This document shows positions 27,186 to 36,589 of a stretch of 64,000 nucleotides of DNA, in pieces (position 1 is the first letter of the stretch; each line of letters opens with the position of its first letter). Source of the stretch: Christensenellaceae bacterium (lineage in GTDB: Bacteria; Bacillota; Clostridia; Christensenellales; Borkfalkiaceae); assembly GCA_045535015.1 (NCBI GenBank), contig JAZSKW010000010.1:101051-165050 (forward strand). Direction: 5' to 3'. The notes beneath the pieces were generated by a model. That model searched no databases, was not told the DNA's origin, and saw only the letters and a list, made by a program, of their open reading frames with translations. Made by a program: the position numbers and the translations under genes.

Positions 27186-27418
27186 TTGAGGCGTTTGCAT
27201 TATTATCTTTATTATACTTTGCGTATTTATCTTGTTTTTATCCGTTCATTCCGCAATGTAATATAACGCCATTTTAGTTTTCAAAAGCGTATTATTCTTT
27301 ACAAAAAAGTGAAAAAACAAAAAAACAGTTGACATATTGTATAATTATATTTACAATTACTAATGTATTATAAAATTATATATACAGTATACAAAAATAC
27401 AAAAAAGGAGAACTTACA

Positions 27419-28243
27419 ATGAAAAAACTTTTCACAAACTTACTCGCTGCGCTAATGTGTGTTATTGCTTGCTTTGGTCTTACTGCTTGCAACGATGACG
27501 CTAACTTAATCAAAATCGGTGCACAAGCTGATACGACAGGCTATATGTTTGGCAGCTGTTTAAAAGGCACCCAAACTCTCGCTTACAAAAATCCCACCTT
27601 GGCTGTTGAGGATATGAAAAACGGCGCAATCGACTACGTAATCACCGATAAAGCCGTTGCAGAAAACCTTGTAGATAAGGTTGACGGCATCAAGATGATT
27701 GACGTTGCGTTGACGGGTGAAGAATTCTTCGGTATGGCAGTTGACGTAAATCAGCCTGCACTTCTTGAAAGCGTAAATACTTTCTTTACCACCAAGGCTA
27801 CTGAAATTAACGAAATTCAAACCAAATACCTTAGCGGTAACGAAAATGATTACGTAGGCGTTCCTGCAACTGTTACGGTAGCTGGCGCAACTGAAACTTT
27901 GAAGGTTGCAACCAACGCTGAATACGCACCCTTTGAATTTATGACTGGCGAGCTTTTCTATGGTATTGATATGGAAATAGCAAAGCTTTTGGCAGAAACT
28001 CTTGGTATGAACCTTGAAATTGTTCATATGGAATTTGAGTCAGTAGTTACCAGTGTAGGCACTAACGGTTTTGACATTGCAATCGCAGCACTTACCATCA
28101 CCAATGACCGCGAAGCAAATATTAACTTTACCAATGCTTACTACACCAATTCTCAGGTAATTTTGTGTCTTGAAAGCAATGAAGCACTTGACGATGCAAG
28201 TGTTTTAATGGATATTCTTTCAGTGCTTTGCGCAAACAAATAA
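27419..28243 (+). CDS. Amino-acid-type ABC substrate-binding lipoprotein, circularly permuted
   Basis: Signal peptide + lipobox LTAC. SBP_bac_3-like segments are present in swapped order (see finding). Confidence 0.8.
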   Translation: MKKLFTNLLAALMCVIACFGLTACNDDANLIKIGAQADTTGYMFGSCLKGTQTLAYKNPTLAVEDMKNGAIDYVITDKAVAENLVDKVDGIKMIDVALTGEEFFGMAVDVNQPALLESVNTFFTTKATEINEIQTKYLSGNENDYVGVPATVTVAGATETLKVATNAEYAPFEFMTGELFYGIDMEIAKLLAETLGMNLEIVHMEFESVVTSVGTNGFDIAIAALTITNDREANINFTNAYYTNSQVILCLESNEALDDASVLMDILSVLCANK

Positions 28244-28322
28244 TTGACAAACGATAAACGTAATTATGGCGCTTGGCTTGGCGGATATGCTGCTAAGCCT
28301 TTCGTTATAATAAAGGAAAAAA

Positions 28323-29015
28323 ATGTTTAAATGGGAAGAATTTTATAAGCAGTTTATAACCTATGGTGGCTATAAAACTGTTTTAAAGGGCTTGTCTGCG
28401 ACCTTGCAGATTGCGGTTTTTGGCCTTATCATAGGCATTATAATAGGCACGTTGATTGCTATAATCAAAGTTATGCCTAAATATAGCCTATTTTCTAAAA
28501 TACTTGATAAAATCGCTGTTGTATACGTGGCATTTTTCCGTGGAACGCCAATGGTTGTTCAGTTGCTTGTTGGGCACTATATACTTTTGCCGTTATTAAA
28601 CGTTAGAATAGACGTTCTTATAGAGGCAATAGTGATATTTGGTTTAAACAGCGGTGCATACGTGTCGGAAATTATGCGTGGCGGTATCAACTCTGTCGAC
28701 AAAGGGCAAATGGAAGCCGGCAGAGCGCTTGGGCTTACCTTTTGGACGTCAATGATAAAAATCGTTATTCCGCAGGCAATCAAAAACATATTGCCAACCC
28801 TCGGCAACGAATTTATTACGCTCGTTAAGGAAACCTCTGTCGTAAGTTTTATCACTGTAACCGACCTTTATCGTGCGTTTTCGGCAATCGGTGGCGCGAT
28901 GTATTCTTACGTTGTGCCCTATTTAATGCTTGCACTAGTTTACATCATACTAATTGTTTTAATTACAATCGGTGTAAAATTAATTGAAAGGAGGTTAAAG
29001 AAAAATGAACGTTAA
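28323..29015 (+). CDS. Amino acid ABC transporter permease (HisM/GlnP family)
   Basis: EAA-like loop [19 protein letters not shown] and 5-TM layout. Confidence 0.9.
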   Translation: MFKWEEFYKQFITYGGYKTVLKGLSATLQIAVFGLIIGIIIGTLIAIIKVMPKYSLFSKILDKIAVVYVAFFRGTPMVVQLLVGHYILLPLLNVRIDVLIEAIVIFGLNSGAYVSEIMRGGINSVDKGQMEAGRALGLTFWTSMIKIVIPQAIKNILPTLGNEFITLVKETSVVSFITVTDLYRAFSAIGGAMYSYVVPYLMLALVYIILIVLITIGVKLIERRLKKNER

Positions 29016-29883
29016 TTGTCAAGATAAAATGGGCAAAGAGCATAAAAAAGAATTGCTTATTTCCATAAAAGACCTCCGCAAATCGTTTGGAAAAAATGAA
29101 GTATTAAAAGGCATTGATATAGACGTTTTTAAGGGGGACGTTGTCGCAGTAATAGGACCATCAGGCTGCGGTAAATCAACGTTTTTGAGGTGTATTAACT
29201 GTATGGAAGACCCCGAGGGAGTAATTATGTTTGAGGGGGAAAACCTTGCTGATACACGCGTCGATATCAACGTTCACCGTCAGCATATCGGTATGGTTTT
29301 TCAGCAGTTTAACCTCTTTAATAACCTCACCGTTATGCAAAACATTATGCTTGCGCCAAACATTGTAGCAAAAGCAAATCTTAAAAAGCAAAAGCGAGCA
29401 AATTTTTGGTTAAAATTCACCAATTTATTCCGCAAAAAAGAGGGTAAAAAGCCTTTAACTGAAATCACTACTACCAGCAAGCAGATTGAACAAGAAAACA
29501 AGCAAAAAGCCCTTGCTCTTTTAGAGCGAATAGGTTTGCAAGATAAGGCAGATGCCTATCCATCAACCTTATCTGGCGGACAAAAACAGAGGATAGCCAT
29601 CATCCGCGCACTTGCAATGGACCCAAAGGTTATTTTGTTTGACGAACCCACTTCTGCGCTCGACCCCGAAATGGTTGGCGAGGTTTTAGAGCTTATGAAA
29701 AGTCTTGCCGACGAGGGTATGACGATGGTTATCGTTACACACGAAATGGGCTTTGCAAGAGAGGTTGCAAACCGCGTTATCTTTATTGACGATGGTGTTA
29801 TTAAGGAAGAAAACGCTCCCCAAGAGTTTTTTAACAATCCCAAAAACGACAGATTAAAGGACTTTCTTTCAAAGGTTTTATAA
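29005..29883 (+). CDS. Amino acid ABC transporter ATP-binding protein (GlnQ-like) with internal insertion
   Basis: Walker [43 protein letters not shown] precedes the ATG. It overlaps the permease stop by 11 nt. Confidence 0.9.
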   Translation: MNVNCQDKMGKEHKKELLISIKDLRKSFGKNEVLKGIDIDVFKGDVVAVIGPSGCGKSTFLRCINCMEDPEGVIMFEGENLADTRVDINVHRQHIGMVFQQFNLFNNLTVMQNIMLAPNIVAKANLKKQKRANFWLKFTNLFRKKEGKKPLTEITTTSKQIEQENKQKALALLERIGLQDKADAYPSTLSGGQKQRIAIIRALAMDPKVILFDEPTSALDPEMVGEVLELMKSLADEGMTMVIVTHEMGFAREVANRVIFIDDGVIKEENAPQEFFNNPKNDRLKDFLSKVL

Positions 29884-29960
29884 GCCACTTATATAAGCGC
29901 TAGCTTAATATCCAAGCAAGAAAGGACGATAAAGGACAAAAAACAATATAAATAAATTTA

Positions 29961-30005
29961 AATCCAAAAAAAGTCGGCTTATTGGCTCACTCTTTTTGGA
30001 TTTTT
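29961..30005 (+). terminator. Hairpin + T-run after the ABC operon
   Basis: ATCCAAAAA...TTTTTGGAT followed by TTTTT. Confidence 0.5.
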
Positions 30006-30075
30006 TATTGCAAAGTGAAAAAATATAGTTTATAATATATTTGTTATTTAAAAAATTATATAAGTGAGGCATAAT

Positions 30076-30780
30076 ATGAGAATTTTAGCAATCGGCGCAC
30101 ATCCCGACGATATTGAAATCGCTTGCTCGGGTACTCTTGCAAAATGCGTTCAGCGCGGCGACACAGTTATCGTTTGTCACGCATGCAGCGGCAACCTTGG
30201 CCACGTAGTAATTCCACCGGATGAACTTAAAGTTATCCGCGCAAACGAGGCAAAAAAAGCAGGCGCACTTGCAGGTATAGAGGTTATCTGGGGCGGCTTT
30301 GACGACCTTGATATTTACGACAATAATAAAGAAGCTCGCGATAAGATGGTTGACGTTATCAAATACGCAAACCCCGACCTTATCATTACCCACGACCCTG
30401 ACGATTATATGCCCGACCATACGGCTGTTTCTAGATTGGTATTTGATGCAAGCTTTACAGCAACCCTTCCCAACTATGCAAGCAAACAGCCCAACCCCGC
30501 TAAGCTTGTTCCTATCTATTATATGGACACCTTGGCTGGCGTTAACTTTAACCCAACTATGTTTGTTGACGTTACTGAAACTATCGACCTTAAAATCGAT
30601 ATGCTCAACTGCCACGAAAGTCAAGTTTTGTGGATGAAAGAGCACGATGGTGTTGACTTTGCCGATATGGTAAGGACTTGTTCTCGTTACCGTGGCTATC
30701 AGTGCGGTGCAGACTATGCAGAGGGCTTCCGCCAGTGCCAAGTTTACCTTAAAGGCACTACCAAAAGGTTACTTCCCTAG
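30076..30780 (+). CDS. PIG-L/LmbE family deacetylase
   Basis: ILAIGAHPDDIEI and ITHDPDDYMPDH motifs. ATG at 30076 lies 6 nt after GAGG. Confidence 0.8.
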   Translation: MRILAIGAHPDDIEIACSGTLAKCVQRGDTVIVCHACSGNLGHVVIPPDELKVIRANEAKKAGALAGIEVIWGGFDDLDIYDNNKEARDKMVDVIKYANPDLIITHDPDDYMPDHTAVSRLVFDASFTATLPNYASKQPNPAKLVPIYYMDTLAGVNFNPTMFVDVTETIDLKIDMLNCHESQVLWMKEHDGVDFADMVRTCSRYRGYQCGADYAEGFRQCQVYLKGTTKRLLP

Positions 30781-30839
30781 CATTAAAAAACAAAAATTTT
30801 AAGAAAAAATTATAAACATAAAATAAAGGAGAAATTATT

Positions 30840-31784
30840 ATGGATTTTAATTCTACCGTTAAAGGCAGTCTTTTAGAGGGTTTCTACCCTGAGGGCTGGG
30901 ACTTTGAAAAGATTGATGCTTGCTGCGCAAACGCACCCGAAAAGGTTTGTGAAAGACAAGATTTTTGGAACAAAGATTTTACCCCTATTCAGTGCTCAGA
31001 CGTTGAAGAATTTAACGTAAAAATGGGCCACGAAATTGCAAACGAAATCAAAAAAGCAAACGAAAGAGGCGAAAAAATCGCATTTATTCTTCCCGTAGGC
31101 CCTATGGGTATGTATAAATGGGCTGTTTACTTCCTTAAAGAATGGAACGTAAGCTGCAAAAACGTTTGGTGCTTTAATATGGACGAATGGGCAGATGCAG
31201 AAGGCAACACCATTACCGGTGAAGCATCCTTCCAAAGCGCTATGGAAAATGCTTTCTACAACCCCCTTGGCGAACTTACCGTTCCTAAGGACCATAGAAA
31301 CTTTGCAACCAAAGCAAACCTCCCCACTTATCCTGAAAAGATTGCCGCTTTGAAAAAGGAAGGCGCAAAACTCGTTCTCGTTTACGGTATTGGCAGAATG
31401 TGCCACATCGCTTTCTGGGAACCCCAGTTCGGTTCGGAATTTGCAACTGATGCAGAATGGCTTAAACAGCCCTACCGTATTGGTGCAAAACTTCACCCCT
31501 TAACCATCGAGCAAAACGCAATCACTTCGTTTAGAAGCCGCACAAGTATGGTTCCTTGCAGAGCAAACACCATGGGCCCCGGCCTTATGTTCCAAGCAGA
31601 CTATGCAATCGGCGGTGCAGACGGCGTATTCTCACGTGGTATGCAGTGGCAGGGTATGAGCTTCTGGATGACTTTACGTTATAAGCCCACCAGATTTGTA
31701 ACCTCATCTTATATTCCCACCATCCCTGGCAAACTTTTCTTCTTGAAAGAGCTTGCTGGTCCTCTTTGTCCTGACGTTAACTAA
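30840..31784 (+). CDS. NagB/6-phosphogluconolactonase-superfamily protein (glucosamine-6-P deaminase-like, atypically long)
   Basis: ILPVGPMG, FNMDEW and GIGRMCHIAFWEP mirror NagB LPTGGTP, FNMDEY and GVGNDGHIAFNEP. Confidence 0.6.
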   Translation: MDFNSTVKGSLLEGFYPEGWDFEKIDACCANAPEKVCERQDFWNKDFTPIQCSDVEEFNVKMGHEIANEIKKANERGEKIAFILPVGPMGMYKWAVYFLKEWNVSCKNVWCFNMDEWADAEGNTITGEASFQSAMENAFYNPLGELTVPKDHRNFATKANLPTYPEKIAALKKEGAKLVLVYGIGRMCHIAFWEPQFGSEFATDAEWLKQPYRIGAKLHPLTIEQNAITSFRSRTSMVPCRANTMGPGLMFQADYAIGGADGVFSRGMQWQGMSFWMTLRYKPTRFVTSSYIPTIPGKLFFLKELAGPLCPDVN

Positions 31785-31854
31785 TAGTCTAAAAAGGCTA
31801 TAAAACGTCAACTTAAATCAATTTAAAGACAAAGAAAGTTAAAAGACAATCAAA

Positions 31855-32406
31855 ATGACCGAAAGGGAAAAGGCGTTAGCGGGCGAGCTTTATTCTGCAA
31901 GCGACAAAGAGCTTAGAAAACTTCATTTAAGAGTTAAAAAGCTTTGGGGAAAGTATAATAAAATCGACCCTTCTAACGAAAAAAAGCTTTATAAATTAAT
32001 AAAAAAAATATTTGGAAAAACGGGGGAGACTGTAAAGGTCTGCCCTCCGTTTTACTGTGATTACGGCTGCAATATTTTTGTTGGAGAAAACTTTTTTGCA
32101 AATTACGGCTGTGTTATTTTAGACGTAAATAAGGTTACTATCGGCAAAAACTGTATGATGGCACCTTGCGTCAAAATATTTTCTGCAACGCACCCCGTTC
32201 GCGCGGAGGAGCGGTATAACGGCGTGGAGTTAGGCTTGCCCGTAACTATCGGCGACAACTGTTGGATAGGCGGCGGTGCAATTATTAACCCCGGTGTAAC
32301 GCTTGGCAACAACGTTGTGGTCGGTTCTGGGGCGGTAGTTACTAAAAGTTTTGGCGACAACGTGGTCATTGCAGGTAATCCCGCAAAAATTATAAAAAGA
32401 TTGTAA
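31855..32406 (+). CDS. Maltose/galactoside O-acetyltransferase family (hexapeptide repeat)
   Basis: N-terminal Mac domain (MTEREKALAGELY) and left-handed beta-helix repeats (IGDNCWIGGGAIINPGVTLGNNVVVGSGAVV). Confidence 0.85.
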   Translation: MTEREKALAGELYSASDKELRKLHLRVKKLWGKYNKIDPSNEKKLYKLIKKIFGKTGETVKVCPPFYCDYGCNIFVGENFFANYGCVILDVNKVTIGKNCMMAPCVKIFSATHPVRAEERYNGVELGLPVTIGDNCWIGGGAIINPGVTLGNNVVVGSGAVVTKSFGDNVVIAGNPAKIIKRL

Positions 32407-32503
32407 ACCATAAAATAGTCTATAATTTATAAAAAGCTATAAATCAAAAAAATTATAAAAACTAGTAGAAGTTATATTAAGTTATAAAGGAAGTTATAAT
32501 TTT

Positions 32504-33721
32504 ATGAAAAAATTCGTAATGTATGGTGCTGGCAATATCGGCCGTGGCTTTATTGGTCAGCTTTTCTCCGACAGTGGCTATTCGGTAGGCTTTGTTGATA
32601 TTAATCAAGAGGTTATCGCAAGACTTAATGCCGACAAAGAGTATCCCGTGGACGTTGTTACCAACGAGGGCACGGTAGAGCAAATTGTTAAAAACGTTTA
32701 TGGTATCGACGGCACAAATATTGACCTTGTTGCAGAAGAAATTGCTGCGGCAGACGCTATGGCAACGGCAATCGGTGTAAACGTATTAAAGTTTATTGCA
32801 AAACCTATTTCTGCCGGCTTAAAACTACGTTTTGAAAGAAACGCAAAACCCTTAAATATTATTATTTGTGAAAACCTTATCGGTGCAGACGAGTTCCTTA
32901 AAGGTTTAATTAAAGCTCAAATTCCCGAATATGCTGATAGAATTGATAAGGAAATTGGCTTTGTAGAGGCAAGCATTGGTAGAATGGTGCCTGTTATGAC
33001 GGAGGAAAAAAAGGCAGGCAATCCGCTGCGCGTATACGTAGAACCCTATAATATTTTGCCTGTTGATAAAAATGCTTTCAAGGGTGAAATTCCTGAAATT
33101 GCAAATCTCTATCCCTTTGCACCTTTCAACCTCTTTATTCAAAGAAAGCTTTTTATGCACAATATGAGCCACGCAATTTGCGCATATCTCGGCTATTTAA
33201 GAAATTACGACTTCATTTACGAAGCTGTTGCTGATTTTGACGTTAAATACGTTGCATATAAAGCACTAGTTCAGTCTGCATTTGCTGTTTCTACCGAAAA
33301 TGGAACGGAAATTGCACCCCTTTTGTCCCACGCAGAAAACCTTATTTATCGTTTTAGCAATAAAGCACTTGGTGACACCGTAGCCAGAGTTGGCAAGGAT
33401 ACCATTAGAAAGCTTGGCTCTAACGACCGTTTGGTTGGCGCGCTTAAACTTGCTGAAAAACACGGCTTGCCAGCAGAATATATCTGCATTGGTATTGCTG
33501 CTGGTATGAAGTTTGACCCCGCTGGCGATGACAATAGTAAAGAGGTTTGTGAATTTGCCAAGGCAAACGGCGCAAAAGAAACACTCAAAAAATACGGCGA
33601 ATACGATGGTAAATATACTGACCTTATTTGCGAGCTTTACGCAATGCTTAATTCAGGTAAGCAAATTTCCGCTCTCGTAAAATATTGCGAAGAAAAGAGC
33701 GGCAAGGAAATTAGGGTTTAA
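32504..33721 (+). CDS. Mannitol-1-phosphate 5-dehydrogenase-like (mannitol dehydrogenase family)
   Basis: N-terminal Rossmann motif FVMYGAGNIGRGFIG and length/layout as MtlD. Confidence 0.7.
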   Translation: MKKFVMYGAGNIGRGFIGQLFSDSGYSVGFVDINQEVIARLNADKEYPVDVVTNEGTVEQIVKNVYGIDGTNIDLVAEEIAAADAMATAIGVNVLKFIAKPISAGLKLRFERNAKPLNIIICENLIGADEFLKGLIKAQIPEYADRIDKEIGFVEASIGRMVPVMTEEKKAGNPLRVYVEPYNILPVDKNAFKGEIPEIANLYPFAPFNLFIQRKLFMHNMSHAICAYLGYLRNYDFIYEAVADFDVKYVAYKALVQSAFAVSTENGTEIAPLLSHAENLIYRFSNKALGDTVARVGKDTIRKLGSNDRLVGALKLAEKHGLPAEYICIGIAAGMKFDPAGDDNSKEVCEFAKANGAKETLKKYGEYDGKYTDLICELYAMLNSGKQISALVKYCEEKSGKEIRV

Positions 33722-33878
33722 TCAGTTAAAAGGATTACTTGGTTAAAGAGTTTAATTGATTGAAATGCTTAATCAGTTAGTTAGGCTATAATTTGATGTC
33801 GCAAAAAATAGTTTACGTATATAAAAAATCGTATATAAAACAACAAAACGTAATAAAAAGTTAGACAAGGATATTAAA

Positions 33879-34895
33879 ATGGCAGAAAGAAAAGGTATTG
33901 CGCTTGCCGGTAATATTTTGACCGACAACGTTAAAATGATTGAAAGCTATCCCGAAAAAGGTATGCTTTCCACTATTACTGAGGAAACTCTTGCAGTTGG
34001 CGGCTGCGTCCCCAATACTGGTATTGATATTATCAAAGTTGACCCCACTATGACTGTTAAAGCATTTGGCAGGGTTGGCGACGACGATAAGGGTAGATAC
34101 GTAGTTGGCAAAATGCAGCAACTTGGCATAGACGTTTCAGGTGTGCTTGTCAGTAAAACCCAGCCCACCAGTTATTCGGACGTTATGACGGTAAACGGCA
34201 CGGGTGAGAGGACCTTTTTCCATAACCGTGGTGCTAATAAGGAGTTTTGCCCTAAGGACGTTGATTTAGATAAACTTGATACCAAAATGCTCCACGCGGG
34301 CTACCTTATGCTTTTAGACGCATTTGATAAAATTGATGCAGATGGCTCCACACCAATGGCAAAATTCTTAAAAGCGGCGCAAGAAAGGGGTATAAAAACC
34401 TCAATCGACCTCGTCAGCGAAAGCAGTGGCAACTTCTTCAAGGTTACAAAAGCCGCTCTTCCTTACTGTGATTACGTTATTATTAACGAGGTTGAGTCGG
34501 GCAATATCGTCGGCATCGAGCCTCGCGACGAAAAAGGTGACGTTATAGTAGAAAATATAAAAGCAATTATGCAAAAGCTTATGGCTTTTGGCGTAAAAGA
34601 AAAGGTAATCGTTCATTGCCCCGAGTCAGGATATTGTCTTGATAAAAGCGGTGAGTTTACCGTTTCTCCCTCTTGCAAGCTCCCCAAGGGCTTTATCAAG
34701 GGCAGCGTAGGCGCAGGTGATGCTTTCTGTGCAGGCAGCCTTTATGCTATTTATAACGGCTATACTGACGAGCAAATTCTTCGCTTTGCTAACTTAACGG
34801 CAATCAGCTGTCTATCTGGTGCTGACAGTATCAGCGGTGTTTGCAGCAAGGAAGAACTTGCTAAATTAGCAAAAGAGCTGGGTGCGACCTTATAA
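33879..34895 (+). CDS. PfkB-family carbohydrate kinase
   Basis: C-terminal GAGDAFCAG motif and ribokinase-like layout. Confidence 0.8.
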   Translation: MAERKGIALAGNILTDNVKMIESYPEKGMLSTITEETLAVGGCVPNTGIDIIKVDPTMTVKAFGRVGDDDKGRYVVGKMQQLGIDVSGVLVSKTQPTSYSDVMTVNGTGERTFFHNRGANKEFCPKDVDLDKLDTKMLHAGYLMLLDAFDKIDADGSTPMAKFLKAAQERGIKTSIDLVSESSGNFFKVTKAALPYCDYVIINEVESGNIVGIEPRDEKGDVIVENIKAIMQKLMAFGVKEKVIVHCPESGYCLDKSGEFTVSPSCKLPKGFIKGSVGAGDAFCAGSLYAIYNGYTDEQILRFANLTAISCLSGADSISGVCSKEELAKLAKELGATL

Positions 34896-34971
34896 TTTAA
34901 GTGGGAGCTAGGCACTACGTTATAATTTACGTGCTACTAGATAGAAGTAACTCTAACAATAAAAATTTTAA

Positions 34972-35003
34972 AAAGACCTCGAAAAATCGAGGTCTTTTCT
35001 TTA
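34972..35003 (+). terminator. Intrinsic terminator
   Basis: GACCTCGA-AAAA-TCGAGGTC followed by TTTTCTTT. Confidence 0.85.
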
Positions 35004-35137
35004 TTGGATTGTTTGATTTGACGTTTTTACGTCTTTTATTTAAGACCACGTGCTAAGCATAGTGCAATAAAGTGGCATTTAACGATAATGATTAAAACAA
35101 CATTTAAAATATATATCGTTAAATAATAATTATAAAA

Positions 35138-35575
35138 TTACAAAAATTCTCTTAAATTTTTTTCGTATTGTTCTTCTAGTGAAAGTAATTTTTCAATAAA
35201 TTCTACTACCTCTTGGTCTAAATTTTCACTTTCGTTTTTCATGGCGGTAAGCTCGTTAATACCCATTACAGTGCCTTTAATCATCATTTCGGCAATCTGG
35301 TTGCGGCTATCGTCCATCAAAGTTTTCATTTTAATACTGCTCCAAAGCATAACTTTTTTCATAACACCTATGTCCTCGCGCTCAACGTCATTTTTGACCA
35401 TATATTGAGAAACCTCGTTCATAAACGAGTCGTAGCCCATATATTCTTCTTTAAGTTCCGCCCTTAAAGAATCGTCGTCAACGTCTGGTAAAAGGTCTGC
35501 AATTGATTGCAGTGCGATGTGTGCGTTTTTATAAACGTCAGTAATTGCCTTATGATTTACGTTTTTTTCTTGCAT
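35138..35575 (-). CDS. Hypothetical all-helical acidic protein (145 aa)
   Basis: Clean ORF between terminators. I do not recognise a family. Confidence 0.55.
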   Translation of the reverse strand: MQEKNVNHKAITDVYKNAHIALQSIADLLPDVDDDSLRAELKEEYMGYDSFMNEVSQYMVKNDVEREDIGVMKKVMLWSSIKMKTLMDDSRNQIAEMMIKGTVMGINELTAMKNESENLDQEVVEFIEKLLSLEEQYEKNLREFL

Positions 35576-35641
35576 AAAAATACTCCTTTATATTTGATAA
35601 AAATAGTTTGAACAATTATTTAAAAATTATGTCTAAATCGT

Positions 35642-35670
35642 TTGACAAAAGTTCTTATATAATGTAAAAT
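35642..35670 (+). promoter_or_regulatory. SigmaA promoter of rplU-rpmA, followed by a roughly 100-nt leader (possible L21 leader)
   Basis: TTGACA, 17-nt spacer ending in TG, TAAAAT. I could not verify the leader structure by eye. Confidence 0.5.
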
Positions 35671-35772
35671 AACCAATGAGCCGCTCGAAAGGGGTTTTTT
35701 AAGTATGTTTTTCTAAAAAACAGCGCCCCAAAAACAAATTCGGCGAGACTGGTTAGTAGGAGGTAAATTCAA

Positions 35773-36081
35773 ATGTACGCAATCGTAGAAAACGGTTCCA
35801 AGCAGTACAAGGCGGAAGTTGGTTCAGTCATTAGATTTGAAAAGCTTTCGGCAAACGTAGGCGACAAAGTGGAATTTGCAGTATTGATGGTAGCAGATGA
35901 AAACGGCATCAAAGTTGCAGAAGAAGCAAAGGCTTACAAGGCAGTTGGCGAGGTAATTGAACAAGGTAAAGATAAAAAGATTATCGTGTTCAAATACAAA
36001 GCTAAGAAGAATGAAAGGAAAAAGCAAGGTCATAGGCAGCCTTTCACCGCAGTTAAGATTGTTGAAATCGCTGCGAAATAA
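35773..36081 (+). CDS. rplU: 50S ribosomal protein L21
   Basis: MYAIVENGSKQYKAEVG... Confidence 0.95.
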   Translation: MYAIVENGSKQYKAEVGSVIRFEKLSANVGDKVEFAVLMVADENGIKVAEEAKAYKAVGEVIEQGKDKKIIVFKYKAKKNERKKQGHRQPFTAVKIVEIAAK

Positions 36082-36098
36082 GGTAGGAGGGTTTATAT

Positions 36099-36371
36099 AT
36101 GATTTTATTCAAATTATTTGCTCACCACAAAGGTGGCGGTAGCACCAAAAACGGCAGAGACAGCAACGCAAAAAGACTTGGCATCAAAGCTAACAATGGC
36201 GAAAGCGTTCTTGCAGGTAGCATTATCGTTCGTCAACGCGGCACCAAAATTCACCCCGGCAACGGCGTAGGTCTTGGTAGCGATTACACCATTTACGCAC
36301 TTATCGACGGTGTTGTTAAGTTCGAAAGAATGGGTCGTGACGGCAAAAAGGTTAGTGTTTACGCAAAATAA
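36099..36371 (+). CDS. rpmA: 50S ribosomal protein L27 with N-terminal extension
   Basis: [28 protein letters not shown]... GGAGG RBS precedes the ATG at 36099. There is no in-frame start nearer the mature AHHK. Confidence 0.95.
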   Translation: MILFKLFAHHKGGGSTKNGRDSNAKRLGIKANNGESVLAGSIIVRQRGTKIHPGNGVGLGSDYTIYALIDGVVKFERMGRDGKKVSVYAK

Positions 36372-36408
36372 TTAATTTAAGTAATTAATTTTATTTTAAT
36401 AATAAGGG

Positions 36409-36447
36409 CGGGTTGATGATTATTTTAGCAACCCGTTTTTATTTTTT
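36409..36447 (+). terminator. Intrinsic terminator after rpmA
   Basis: CGGGTTG-loop-CAACCCG followed by TTTTTATTTTTT. Confidence 0.8.
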
Positions 36448-36589
36448 AAAACACAAAACAAGGTTTAATCGTTATTTTTATTTTGTCCCAAAAAGTAGGT
36501 TTACTCCTAAATTAAAACAAAATAAAAACAACCAAAGCAGCTTGCCGCTAACAAGGCAAGGGAATGTTCACAATTTTAAGGTTACAGTT

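Noticed and set aside
36413-36589. The 59-residue N-terminal extension of the DMT transporter ORF as given in the track.
   Set aside because: This part of the ORF runs through the rpmA intrinsic terminator (36409-36447). It encodes a basic, low-complexity peptide with no RBS. ATG 36590, preceded by AAGG, starts directly at the first TM helix.
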